Origin: Bacteroidales bacterium
GTDB lineage: Bacteria; Bacteroidota; Bacteroidia; Bacteroidales; VadinHA17
NCBI GenBank assembly: GCA_046706585.1
Contig: JBJKPH010000463.1
Location: 1 to 25,761, forward strand
Reading direction: 5' to 3'
Length of the DNA: 25,761 nucleotides
Within the stretch, counting starts at the first letter, position 1. Every line of letters begins with the position of its first letter. Below the pieces are notes generated by a model. That model was not told the DNA's origin. It searched no databases and worked only from the letters and a program-made list of their open reading frames with translations. Below, one piece after another: positions 7,767 through 17,307 of the stretch. Both the position numbers and the translations under genes were made by a program.

Positions 7767-8809
7767 CCGTCTGACTCTTTGCGTGTAACAATCAGCTCGG
7801 CAGCAATACTAATGGCAATCTCTGCAACAGTTTTCGAAGGGATCGGCAGGCCGATCGGGGCGTGTACCCTGTCGAACTGATCTTCTGTGGCCCACCCCAT
7901 TTCAAGGAATCTGTTCCTGATAAGAGAGATCTTGCGCTTGCTTCCTATCATTCCAATATAGGCAGCACCAGAAGCGATACAGTGCCTCAGTGCCTTTGCA
8001 TCGCCTGTATGTGTGGTCGTCATTATTACTATATAGGTGTTATCAGTAATTCTGAGCGCTTTCACCGCCTCCTCCAAATCCCCGACTATTATCCCTGCTG
8101 CATCAGGGAATCTTTCTTTATTTGCATATCCTTCCCTGTCGTCGATCACCGTAACATTAAAATCAAGGAGTGCTCCGATATGAGCAAGCGACTGTCCTAT
8201 GTGTCCTGCTCCCACTATTACAAGCTCAGGTGTGGGGTTAAGCGGCTCGACAAAAATCAATCTGTCATCCTTTTCCAGCAACAAGGGGTTCCTGCTATCA
8301 ATTGCCCCGTTAACCAGTGCTTCAAATCCGTGTATATCCGAACCGGCAACCAATGATTCCATATTGTCGCCCGGATACCATTTCCTTTCCACAACAACCT
8401 TCTCATTGCTTATACCGGAGATACTGCTTACAAGTACTCCCCACTGTCCGGCTGAAAGGGAACGGCCGATCGTTGCAAACAATTCTGAATCACCGGAGCA
8501 TCCCGGATCGAGCAGCACCAGGACCTTCCCTCCGCAAATTGCACCGTCAGCTTTGGCTATATCGGAATTCAGTTCATATGTAAACAGTGTGGCACTGTCA
8601 TTTTCAGACATTTTTGCAGCTTTGGCCTGCGATTCAAATTCAAGAACACCGCCGCCCAGCGTTCCGGCAACAATTTCCTTTCCTGAAAAGATTGCAGCCG
8701 CACCCGGTACCTGCGGAGACGATCCCGAGGTTTTCAGGATTGACCCTAAAACATACGACCCCTGAGGGTCATCCCCGGCTGTAAGATGTTTGATAAGTTT
8801 ATTTAACAT
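7763..8809 (-). CDS. xdhC: XdhC/CoxI-family molybdoenzyme maturation factor
   Basis: GSSPQVPGA, GTLGGG, ICGG in the N-domain; VGAGHIG, VIDDR, YIGMIGSKRK, HAPIGL, EIAISIAAE in the C-domain. Confidence 0.9.
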   Translation of the reverse strand: MLNKLIKHLTAGDDPQGSYVLGSILKTSGSSPQVPGAAAIFSGKEIVAGTLGGGVLEFESQAKAAKMSENDSATLFTYELNSDIAKADGAICGGKVLVLLDPGCSGDSELFATIGRSLSAGQWGVLVSSISGISNEKVVVERKWYPGDNMESLVAGSDIHGFEALVNGAIDSRNPLLLEKDDRLIFVEPLNPTPELVIVGAGHIGQSLAHIGALLDFNVTVIDDREGYANKERFPDAAGIIVGDLEEAVKALRITDNTYIVIMTTTHTGDAKALRHCIASGAAYIGMIGSKRKISLIRNRFLEMGWATEDQFDRVHAPIGLPIPSKTVAEIAISIAAELIVTRKESDG

Positions 8810-8992
8810 GATATATTATCAGCATACATTGCAAGATATAAATATTCTACCAGTTACAACCTTAAACCCGGCCGTAAAATCTTCGAAAGGAAACCATACA
8901 TATTGCTTCGGGTATAATTTTTGATATTGTAAATAATATTTTTCTTGCGTAGCTTGTAATCGTAAATATTCCTAAAAACAAATCTGTATAAA

Positions 8993-9415
8993 ATGAAAAA
9001 GACGATTCGCATATCAGCCTATATCCTGCTGACGCTCACCATTATATCCCTTTCCGGATGTGAAAAGGACAGAATGACCCTGCTCACAGATGGTCAGTGG
9101 AATTTCAAGAATCTTACAACCGATAGCGACAACAGCGATATAAAGACTCTTATTGCACTTGGCAAAGCAGTTCTGGTAGACGGAACCCTGGATTTCTCTG
9201 ATGACGGAACCTATGAGATGGCTTCTCCTCTTATTGATACAGAAACAGGGACATGGAAACTCACCGGGGAAACACAGCTGCTTAGAACACCCGATGGAGA
9301 AACAAATGGAGTTCCGGCTTCCATTGACAAACTCAAGAAATCAGAACTGGTTTATATTGAGACTTACGTTTATAACGATATAACATATTCAGCGATATAT
9401 ACCTGGGTAAGGTAA
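8993..9415 (+). CDS. Lipoprotein with a lipocalin-like beta-barrel; function unknown
   Basis: Lipobox LSGC, LLTDGQWNF (G-x-W), LDFSDDGTY and GTWKL motifs. Confidence 0.7.
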   Translation: MKKTIRISAYILLTLTIISLSGCEKDRMTLLTDGQWNFKNLTTDSDNSDIKTLIALGKAVLVDGTLDFSDDGTYEMASPLIDTETGTWKLTGETQLLRTPDGETNGVPASIDKLKKSELVYIETYVYNDITYSAIYTWVR

Positions 9416-9475
9416 ACAACGTTATCGCAGGATATTCAGGCCTGGTATTTTTCATCTGAGCCGGAATTACACCTG

Positions 9476-10057
9476 TCAGATAAGATCACATGCATCAGCA
9501 GGCATCCAGTGTGCATCTTTCCCGTCCCATTTTACATTGCAACCTATCGGATTGGTTACGGGGACAGATACTTCCTTTCCTGACACCAATTCACCAAGAG
9601 CCCGGTCAAGGTCGTTTACTGATATTTCTGATGCGTTCCTGGGGTTGTCGACGCCCCTCCCGGTATAAACCAGTTTTCGTTCTTCGTTAAAAACATAGAA
9701 ATGTGGTGTTCTCAGGGCTCCGTAACTTTGGGCTGTTTCCTGTGTTTCGTCGTAAAGGTACAACCATGGGAATTTATGCTCATTCATCCTTGCCACCATA
9801 TGATCGTAATCATCTTCAGGATAAGTGTTCGGGCTGTTCGAGTTAATCCCTACAAATTCCACTCCGGAGGATTTGAATCTTTCAACAGTTTTACGTGTTA
9901 CCTCATCTGATCCGATCACATACGGACAATGGTTACATGTAAAAAAAATCACAAGGTTTTTGCTGTTGCTGAAATCTTCCAGCGAAAAGTATTTACCCGT
10001 TGTCGACCTGAGGTTGAAACCAGGTGCTTTGTCGCCAATCTGTAATGTAAAAGCCAT
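9476..10057 (-). CDS. Thioredoxin-fold redoxin (AhpC/TSA, peroxiredoxin-like family)
   Basis: [15 protein letters not shown] (CxxC), [27 protein letters not shown]. Confidence 0.9.
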   Translation of the reverse strand: MAFTLQIGDKAPGFNLRSTTGKYFSLEDFSNSKNLVIFFTCNHCPYVIGSDEVTRKTVERFKSSGVEFVGINSNSPNTYPEDDYDHMVARMNEHKFPWLYLYDETQETAQSYGALRTPHFYVFNEERKLVYTGRGVDNPRNASEISVNDLDRALGELVSGKEVSVPVTNPIGCNVKWDGKDAHWMPADACDLI

Positions 10058-10145
10058 GATCTCTAAAGTATTATTAATTGTTCATTAAACAAGGTGCGTT
10101 TTAAAATGTTTTAATCTAACAGGAATTTATAATTTATCAAAAATT

Positions 10146-10742
10146 ATGGTGACAAATAAAATATACCCGGAAGATCCGTTTGTCCTTTTCAGAAACTGGT
10201 ATTCGCCCGTAGTTGAGGCCGGCACTGAAAAGAGCAATGCTGTGGCTTTATCTACAGCTTCACCGGGGGGCAGAGTATCATCGAGAATGGTTCTGCTCAG
10301 GGGGTTCGACACCCGGGGATTTGTTTTTTTTACCAATTACAAGAGCAAAAAGGGTCTCCACCTGGATTCAAATCCTAACGCTGCCCTGCTTTTTTACTGG
10401 CCCGCCTTCTGGAGGCAGGTGAGGGTTGAGGGGCTGGTGATTAAAACAGGTCCGGGCGAGTCGGACAATTACTTCTCCGAACGACCCAGGGGGCATCAGA
10501 TAAACGCATGGGCCTCATCACAGAGCGAAGAGATCAATGGCCTGCAACAGTTGGAAGTTGCCACAGAAAAACTCGAAAACGATTTTTCAGGAACAGAAGT
10601 CCCACGACCTTCATACTGGGGTGGTTTCAGGCTGATACCCACACTGTTCGAATTCTGGCATGAGGGTAAAGACCGGTTCCATGAAAGAATAGAATATAAC
10701 AAAAGGGATGGCAAATGGTCGGTGAGGATCCTTGCTCCTTAA
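10146..10742 (+). CDS. pdxH: Pyridoxine/pyridoxamine 5'-phosphate oxidase
   Basis: SSRMVLLR, FFTNYKSKKG, RQVRVEG, YFSERPRGHQINAWAS, WGGFRL, EFWHEGKDRFHER. Confidence 0.95.
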   Translation: MVTNKIYPEDPFVLFRNWYSPVVEAGTEKSNAVALSTASPGGRVSSRMVLLRGFDTRGFVFFTNYKSKKGLHLDSNPNAALLFYWPAFWRQVRVEGLVIKTGPGESDNYFSERPRGHQINAWASSQSEEINGLQQLEVATEKLENDFSGTEVPRPSYWGGFRLIPTLFEFWHEGKDRFHERIEYNKRDGKWSVRILAP

Positions 10743-10788
10743 AATCACATGGTGCTTTATTGATTTTAATTCTTCTTTCCTGCCGGTA

Positions 10789-11229
10789 TCAGCCTTTTTT
10801 CTTAATCTCCCGGGTAAAATTGGTGAAATACCTTATGCTTGACAGAAACAGGGCCAGGCCTATTGCAAGGTAGATAACGGACAAGTATTTACGTGGAATA
10901 TGAGAATGTCTCAGGGTTATTCCAAGGGTCATCATTACCGCCACCAGGAAGTAGCTTTTCCATGACATAAAAGCAAAAGCACAGGGTCTTGGATCCATTG
11001 GCCCGATCCTTCCCAGGTTTTTATCAACAACTCTCAGGAATCCAAACCGGTGGACAACCAGGGCAAAAACAATTCCTGCCAGAAAAAAGTACCATACAGG
11101 TTCAGAATAAGAAATCAGCCATACGACGGCCATTGAGCACATCATTATTCCAATGGCGCTCCACAGGAATCCGGCGATCAGCAGCAGAAAGGATTTTTTT
11201 ACGGACGGTTTGAACCGGGAAAGATCCAT
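10789..11229 (-). CDS. Conserved hypothetical four-TM membrane protein (start re-called to MDLSRF..., 146 aa)
   Basis: Four hydrophobic segments; the 33 extra N-terminal residues of the ORF track span a hairpin and look non-coding. Confidence 0.75.
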   Translation of the reverse strand: MDLSRFKPSVKKSFLLLIAGFLWSAIGIMMCSMAVVWLISYSEPVWYFFLAGIVFALVVHRFGFLRVVDKNLGRIGPMDPRPCAFAFMSWKSYFLVAVMMTLGITLRHSHIPRKYLSVIYLAIGLALFLSSIRYFTNFTREIKKKG

Positions 11230-11236
11230 ATTATCT

Positions 11237-11275
11237 AAATTTAAAGAACAGGCCCGTTTTTTCCCGGGCCTGTTC
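11237..11275 (-). terminator. Intrinsic terminator-like hairpin downstream of the M16 peptidase
   Basis: 11-bp perfect stem GAACAGGCCCG/CGGGCCTGTTC (11246-11275) followed on the minus strand by TTTAAATTT. Confidence 0.6.
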
Positions 11276-11352
11276 CATGTTGTCTGTTTTTGCTTCCCCC
11301 TCCCTTTTTCAGCCGGCGGACACGGCAAGAGGAAAGTCTTTGAATTTCAATT

Positions 11353-14166
11353 TTATTGCTTCACAAGTATAGGATTGCCGAAACCTATGTTCTTCAGTGG
11401 TTTAAGCTGTGTTGCCGCATCTCCTACCACAACATAGTACATCCTGCCGGGGTCGAGATATTTCCGGGCAATTTCTTTGTGCTTCTCTATAGTAAGGCCC
11501 TTAACGAAATTCTCTTCCTGTTTAACATAATCAACCGGCAGACCATAAGTGCTGATATCATCGATCATGCCAATAAGACCGCGTAATGTTTCGAACCTTC
11601 TTACATTGCCTTTAATTATTGCATCACGTGTAAAGTCGATATATTCCTGCGGTACTCCTTCGCGGTATTTTTCCATCTCCGTTTTAAAGATATTAACTGA
11701 CTCTTCTGTTGAGTTTGTCCTAACCATAGATGAAGCCCTGAATATCCCATAGTTTTTGGCTCCCCTTACAGATGAGCTTGCACCGTAGGTAAAGCCTTTT
11801 TCTTCCCTCAGGATAGTGTTAAATATACCCGAGAGTGATGCTCCTCCCAGCTTATGGTTAACAACTGTCAGGGGATAAAAATCAGGATTGCCTCTTGCTA
11901 TTGTCGGTGTTCCGATCGTGATTATCGATTGCTTGGCACCGGGTACGTCAACAAAATAGATCTTCGATTCTGCCGGTGGCTGAGGAGCAGTGAATTCAGG
12001 CATTTTCACCTCTTTGGGCTGCCATTTTTCGCTCAGTGATGAGAATGCATTTACAACCCTGTCCTTGTCAATATCTCCTGCTACGAGGATCTTTGAAACC
12101 GAGGGTGAAAAATTGGCATTATAGTAATCTTTAAGATCTTCGATGCTGATTGCCGGCACTGTTTCCTCTGTGCCCGATACTTCCGTTGCAAGGATATTAT
12201 TTTCACCAAAGATAAGTTTATTGAAGGTTGTTGATGCCAGGCTGTTCGGGTTAGCCTTATTCCTGTTGAACCCGCTTTCTATCCGTCGTTTGGCGAGTCC
12301 GAATTCCTCGGCATCCCACCTTGGCTCTAGCAGCATTTCTTCAACAAGGGCAACTGTTTTTTCAAAATTCCTGGTCATTGTGCTGACACTCACCGAAATA
12401 TCCTCGTTCCCTGCTGATATTCTGATAGAAGCGCCAAGCAGATCAATAGCATCTTCCAGTTCTTCCGGTGTTTTGTTTTTGGTGCCTGAATTAAGCATTG
12501 TAGCCACAAGGTTTGCAGTTCCTGCTTTTTCAGGGTTGTCGAGCATATGGCCTCCTTCGATCACCAGTGTATAGTTAACAAGCGGAAGCTCATCCTGTTT
12601 GATCCCCCATATGTTAATGCCGTCTGACAATGATGCTGTCCACACATCCGGAATAGTCAGTTCGGGATCGGGGCCATAGGGAGGTTTTACCGTCCTGTCA
12701 AATGTTGTTGGTGACTTAACAATTTCCTCATCATCAACACCTTCGTAAACAACTTCCGCAGCGTTGGATAGATCTTCTTCGACAATTCCTGCATTGACAG
12801 AATTTTCGGCTATCAGTTCGACCTGTCCTTTGGGAACAAAGCTTGTGGCAACATATGGCTTGCCTTTAATGTATTTTTCATAAACAGCCATTACATCGTC
12901 AACAGTTACTGCAAGGGTATTTTCCAGGTCCTGCTTATAAAATTCAGGATTGCCGGTAAATGTATTGTAATCGGCAAACTGGCGTGCTTTACCCGACACG
13001 CTGCTGAATGAGTTATAATAACTTGTTTCCTCTCCGGCCTTTATCTTTTCAAGGTCTGCATCTGTAATCCCGTCCTTTTCAAACTTATCGAACCCTTCGA
13101 AGATTGCTTTTTCCACTTCTGCAAGGCTTACTCCCGGGTTTGCTGAAACAGAGACCGTAAAGGTTCCTGCCAGTTCCTGCGAGCGGTTTGAAGCTCTTAC
13201 CATAGAGGTAAGCTTTTTATCTTTTACAAGCACCTCGTATAGTGGAGCGGTCTTGCCCGAAGAAAGGATCTGACCCAGGTAATTCAGGGCATAATAATCT
13301 TTCGAATAGCGTTCAACGGTTGGGAAAACCATTGTAAACTGGGCTGTCCGGGCAAAATTGTCTTCATGGTAAAGCTTTTTGGTCTCTTTGAGAGTTACCG
13401 GCATTGGTTTTCTCTTTTCCACCTTGTTCCCTGCGGGAAGGGAGCCGAAGTATTTTTCTACAAGGGCCTTCATCTCATCGATATCAAAATCTCCGGCAAT
13501 GGCCAGTGTTGCATTATTAGGCACATAGAATTTATCATGGAATGCCTTTACATCTTCTACAGAGGCAGAAGTGAGGTCTTCCATCTTGCCAATAACCGTC
13601 CAGCTATAAGGATGTCCCTGGGGGTATAGTGTTCTTGCAATCAACTCCTGGTTAAAACCATAAGGTGCATTATCAACGCTTTGGCGTTTTTCATTCTGTA
13701 CTACATTCTGCTGGTTAACCAGTGCCGATTTTGTTACTGTGTTGGTAAGGAATCCCATGCGGTCAGACTCCATCCAGAGGACCATTTCAACAGCATTTTT
13801 GGGAACTGTTTCGTAATAATTCGTCCTGTCGTTGTTGGTACTTCCGTTAAGTGTTCCCCCGGCCGATGTAATGTTCTTGAAATACTGGTCCTGAGGAACG
13901 TTTTCTGATTCCTGGAACATCATGTGCTCGAAGAGATGCGCAAAACCGGTTTTCCCTGGTGTTTCACGGCTTGATCCCACATGATATACTATTTCAACTG
14001 AAATAATGGGATCCGATTTGTCCTGGTGGAGGATCACCTGAAGTCCGTTTCCGAGAGTATATTTCTCGAAATTGACCTTCAGATCTCCTTCTTTCTGTTT
14101 CCCGCCGGTGCAGGAAATCATTAATACCAGGAGAAACGAAGCGATAAAGAAGATTTGTTTTTTCAT
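11353..14166 (-). CDS. M16 family (pitrilysin/PqqL-like) zinc peptidase, lipoprotein
   Basis: GFAHLFEHMMF inverted zincin HxxEH motif, NGSTNNDRTNYYE, WMESDRM; two tandem M16 halves; lipobox MISC. Confidence 0.92.
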   Translation of the reverse strand: MKKQIFFIASFLLVLMISCTGGKQKEGDLKVNFEKYTLGNGLQVILHQDKSDPIISVEIVYHVGSSRETPGKTGFAHLFEHMMFQESENVPQDQYFKNITSAGGTLNGSTNNDRTNYYETVPKNAVEMVLWMESDRMGFLTNTVTKSALVNQQNVVQNEKRQSVDNAPYGFNQELIARTLYPQGHPYSWTVIGKMEDLTSASVEDVKAFHDKFYVPNNATLAIAGDFDIDEMKALVEKYFGSLPAGNKVEKRKPMPVTLKETKKLYHEDNFARTAQFTMVFPTVERYSKDYYALNYLGQILSSGKTAPLYEVLVKDKKLTSMVRASNRSQELAGTFTVSVSANPGVSLAEVEKAIFEGFDKFEKDGITDADLEKIKAGEETSYYNSFSSVSGKARQFADYNTFTGNPEFYKQDLENTLAVTVDDVMAVYEKYIKGKPYVATSFVPKGQVELIAENSVNAGIVEEDLSNAAEVVYEGVDDEEIVKSPTTFDRTVKPPYGPDPELTIPDVWTASLSDGINIWGIKQDELPLVNYTLVIEGGHMLDNPEKAGTANLVATMLNSGTKNKTPEELEDAIDLLGASIRISAGNEDISVSVSTMTRNFEKTVALVEEMLLEPRWDAEEFGLAKRRIESGFNRNKANPNSLASTTFNKLIFGENNILATEVSGTEETVPAISIEDLKDYYNANFSPSVSKILVAGDIDKDRVVNAFSSLSEKWQPKEVKMPEFTAPQPPAESKIYFVDVPGAKQSIITIGTPTIARGNPDFYPLTVVNHKLGGASLSGIFNTILREEKGFTYGASSSVRGAKNYGIFRASSMVRTNSTEESVNIFKTEMEKYREGVPQEYIDFTRDAIIKGNVRRFETLRGLIGMIDDISTYGLPVDYVKQEENFVKGLTIEKHKEIARKYLDPGRMYYVVVGDAATQLKPLKNIGFGNPILVKQ

Positions 14167-14254
14167 TTCTATTAAGGTTTAATTTGGTTTCAGTATAAAA
14201 ATACAGGCCTTTCTCCCCGGGGGATCAACCGGTATGTTACAGGTTATGCATAAC

Positions 14255-14542
14255 CTATATATTGGCCAGCCGGAATGGTTTAATATCAATCTCTTTCCAT
14301 ACGCCGCCTGTAATATACGGCTCGTCTTTCAACATTATGTCAAGAGATTCCCGGTCGGGAAATTCGTAAAGGACAACCGACCCGATCATTTCCCCGTTAT
14401 CACCAAGTATTGCCCCGCCCCAAATAAAGTTCTTTGATTTCTTCAGATCCCGTACGTTTTCGAGGTGTGTTCCCCTTACTGCCATTCTTCTTTCGGTGGC
14501 TCCGGGATCCCTGCCGTCGTAAGCCGTAAGAATAAACTGCAT
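14255..14542 (-). CDS. YciI-family protein (start re-called to MQFILTAYD..., 95 aa)
   Basis: RMAVRGTHL, GGAIL, GSVVL, DEPYITGGVW; a -7 element at 14571-14578 lies within the longer ORF's 5' extension. Confidence 0.85.
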   Translation of the reverse strand: MQFILTAYDGRDPGATERRMAVRGTHLENVRDLKKSKNFIWGGAILGDNGEMIGSVVLYEFPDRESLDIMLKDEPYITGGVWKEIDIKPFRLANI

Positions 14543-14570
14543 ATTACTCTGTTCTGGTTTAATACAATAC

Positions 14571-14578
14571 CAAATATA
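14571..14578 (-). promoter_or_regulatory. -7 element (TATATTTG) for yciI
   Basis: TAnnTTTG match 28 nt upstream of the re-called ATG. Confidence 0.5.
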
Positions 14579-14767
14579 GGAAGGTTCCCGGATATTTTTC
14601 ATTTTGGTGATATTTTAACATTTTTTAATCTTTCGCGGGACTGTTTTTTTTCTTTATTCTTTCAACACCATGCGATCGTGTCAGTTATCCGGCCGACCAA
14701 CTTTGGTATCTGTCCAATAACAAATCGCCACATTTCCCGTTATTCTGGTAAATGATACGATTATTTC

Positions 14768-14775
14768 TACCTTTG
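14768..14775 (+). promoter_or_regulatory. -7 element (TACCTTTG)
   Basis: TAnnTTTG followed by C, 30 nt upstream of the ATG at 14806. Confidence 0.6.
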
Positions 14776-14805
14776 CCTCCTGAAAAACCGAACAGATAAT
14801 CAGTT

Positions 14806-15726
14806 ATGGAAAATACCAGCATGAACAATACAGGAAGTGACAATACCGGACAGGCCGGACAAAAGAAGAAATCACCTGTCGGTCTGTTTGTTCTGGCAGG
14901 AATCCTGGCCATTGCACTCATTGGAATGATAGTTTCATATTTTATCCAGAAGAATAACATGATAGAAATGGAACAGATACTTACAGAGGAAAAGGATTCG
15001 CTTACACATGAGCTGGTTCTTATGATAGAGGCTTACGACACCCTTAAATCAGACAATGACACACTGAATGCCCAGCTGACCATTGAACAGGAGAAAATTG
15101 AAAGGCTGCTGGCAATAAATGCCTCCAATGCCCAGGTTATAAGAACCTATAAGAAAGAAATCACGACCATGCGTGAGATAATGAAAAGCTATATCGTGCA
15201 GATAGATTCACTTAATACACGAAACAAGATCCTTGTAGCCGAGAACTCTCAGATAAAGGAACAGATAACAAAGGTCGAGAGGTCGAACCAGGAGCTTTCA
15301 CGAGCAAGGGAAGAGCTCTCTTCAAAAGTTGAAATAGCACGTGTTATCCAGGCAAAAGATATTGTTCCCCAACCCCTTAACAAGAAAAGGAAAGAGACCG
15401 ACAGGATTGATCGAATGGTCAACCTTATGGTCTGTTTTACTCTTAGGGAAAATCCGATTGCAGAGGCTGGTAAAAAGACAGTATTAATGAGAGTTTTAAG
15501 GCCCGACGGACTGGTTGTTACCACATCGCCGGACAATCTTTTCGAATATAACGGAGAAACGCTTATATACACTGAAAGCAGAACTGTTGACTATCTTAAT
15601 CAGGATGTCGAACTCTGTATCTATGTTGACAATAACGGAGATTTTATCGAAGGAAATTATACTGTTGAACTTTACCTTGAGGGATCGCTTATCGGTACGG
15701 GAGAGTTTATCCTCAAGTCGCGTTAG
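14806..15726 (+). CDS. Hypothetical single-pass membrane protein with a long coiled coil and a beta-rich C-terminal domain
   Basis: TM after a KKK motif (VGLFVLAGILAIALIGMIVSYFI), heptad-rich helix over roughly aa 50-175, C-terminal beta-strand pattern (VCFTL, YTVELYLEG). Confidence 0.75.
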   Translation: MENTSMNNTGSDNTGQAGQKKKSPVGLFVLAGILAIALIGMIVSYFIQKNNMIEMEQILTEEKDSLTHELVLMIEAYDTLKSDNDTLNAQLTIEQEKIERLLAINASNAQVIRTYKKEITTMREIMKSYIVQIDSLNTRNKILVAENSQIKEQITKVERSNQELSRAREELSSKVEIARVIQAKDIVPQPLNKKRKETDRIDRMVNLMVCFTLRENPIAEAGKKTVLMRVLRPDGLVVTTSPDNLFEYNGETLIYTESRTVDYLNQDVELCIYVDNNGDFIEGNYTVELYLEGSLIGTGEFILKSR

Positions 15727-16853
15727 CCCATCATAAATTCGGAGATAATATTATCGGAAATCATTTTCCCCTGCCGTGTAAGGACAAGATGTTTATCGGT
15801 ACTGAGCTCAACCATACCATACTTCATGAATTTGGATGCAATATTCATAAGGTAATCACGAACCTCTTTTGAAAAGTTGTTCTCTACATATACCGGATCG
15901 ATACCCCACATTGTTCTCATACTGGTCATCACATATTCATTATATATCTGGCTTGTTTCAAGGATCTCCTTTTCGAAAGGCAATATGCCTGATGAAAGAG
16001 ATTTAATATATCCTTCTGTATCTGATATGTTCCACTGCCTGCTGTAACCGTTATACGAGTGAGCCGACGGACCAAGCCCAAGATACCTCACTTGTCTCCA
16101 GTAATTAGTATTATGCCTTGATATATATCCGTCACGGCACAGGTTAGATATTTCATAGTGTATGAATCCGTTCTGATCGGCTTTTTCAACCAGCATGTTA
16201 AATTGCTGTTCACTCTCTTCTTCCGGTATTTCACTGAGCTGATTTGAGGCAGCCATTTTACCGAATAGTGTTCCCGGTTCTATTGTGAGGTGATATGCTG
16301 AAATATGTTTGATCTGTGGGAGAAAGCTCTTTTCAAGAGTTTTTTCCCAGTCTCCTGTACTCATTCCCGGGATTCCATATATCAGATCGATCGAGAGATT
16401 GTCGAAACCCGCGGCAGCAGCCTGTTCAATTGCCTGTTGTGCCTGCCCGGCATTGTGTCTGCGGTTAAGCATTTTCAGTATTTCGTTGTCCCATGACTGG
16501 ACACCAATGCTGATCCTGTTGATCCCTTCGTTCAGCAATTCAGAAAAATATCCTTTCGTAGAATCGTCGGGGTTTACTTCGATGGTCACCTCGGGAGAAC
16601 CGGATATATTAAAGTCAGACCTGATTGCCGAAAGGAGTTTTTTTATTCCCGGCACAGGCAATACCGAAGGGCTTCCTCCTCCAAAATAAATTGTTTCTAT
16701 CAATTCACTGCCAAGGTATTCCCTCTGCAGACAGATCTCCTTCAGCAGGGCATCAAGGTACAATTCTGTCCTTTCATGTTCAGTTATCTTGTAAAAGTCA
16801 CAATAATGACACCTTGTCTTGCAAAAGGGTATATGAACATATATCCCCGCCAT
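15723..16853 (-). CDS. hemW: Radical SAM heme chaperone HemW (HemN-like)
   Basis: GIYVHIPFC, CKTRCHYC (CxxxCxxC), TIYFGGGSPS, RISIGVQS, HISAY, YEISN, HNTNYW, YLGLGPSAHS. Confidence 0.9.
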   Translation of the reverse strand: MAGIYVHIPFCKTRCHYCDFYKITEHERTELYLDALLKEICLQREYLGSELIETIYFGGGSPSVLPVPGIKKLLSAIRSDFNISGSPEVTIEVNPDDSTKGYFSELLNEGINRISIGVQSWDNEILKMLNRRHNAGQAQQAIEQAAAAGFDNLSIDLIYGIPGMSTGDWEKTLEKSFLPQIKHISAYHLTIEPGTLFGKMAASNQLSEIPEEESEQQFNMLVEKADQNGFIHYEISNLCRDGYISRHNTNYWRQVRYLGLGPSAHSYNGYSRQWNISDTEGYIKSLSSGILPFEKEILETSQIYNEYVMTSMRTMWGIDPVYVENNFSKEVRDYLMNIASKFMKYGMVELSTDKHLVLTRQGKMISDNIISEFMMG

Positions 16854-16866
16854 CTATTCCGGATTT

Positions 16867-17307
16867 TCAGATGAGGATATCGTTTGATCTCTTTGCCGTA
16901 CTTACCAGGTTCTGAACCGATTTGTCAAGAAACAACCTTTCGATCTTCATCCGTGATTTAACATAATCTTCATGCAGTGCACAGGCTATCTTATCCTTGT
17001 CTATACTCCTGCAGTTATCGTTATGCAGCAGGCATTTCGAAAAAACATCATCTCCGTCGATAGCCTTAACAACTTCAAGAAGATGTATCTCTTTAGGATC
17101 GCGACTAAGTGAAAAACCGCCGTTTGGTCCCTTTGATGAACTTAGTATTTTCTGTTTTGCCAGCGACTGCAATATTTTAGCCAGGAAAGGCATTGGCAGG
17201 TCAAGGTCTTTCGATATTTTTCTGATACCTATCTTTTCGCCGTTTTTGCTGTTCCCCGCCAGGTATACAACTGCCCTTAATCCGTATTTACATGTATTTG
17301 AAAGCAT
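16867..17307 (-). CDS. Rrf2-family transcriptional regulator with putative Fe-S ligands
   Basis: YGLRAVVYLA, FLAKILQSL, SSKGPNGGF; C92-x6-C99-x9-C109-x2-H112. Confidence 0.9.
   Translation of the reverse strand: MLSNTCKYGLRAVVYLAGNSKNGEKIGIRKISKDLDLPMPFLAKILQSLAKQKILSSSKGPNGGFSLSRDPKEIHLLEVVKAIDGDDVFSKCLLHNDNCRSIDKDKIACALHEDYVKSRMKIERLFLDKSVQNLVSTAKRSNDILI

Noticed and set aside
4554-10057. Selenocysteine or stop-codon read-through in the molybdoenzyme or redoxin genes
   Set aside because: All frames are open and full length, with Cys at the expected ligand positions; the TGA stops sit in ATGA coupling overlaps.
14213-14225. CCCCGGGG palindrome between yciI and the M16 peptidase
   Set aside because: Short, with no loop or U-tract and no similarity to the REP-like family.
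14685-14960. 91-aa minus-strand ORF with a hydrophobic stretch
   Set aside because: Mostly antisense to the 14806 gene and spans its promoter; likely a shadow ORF.
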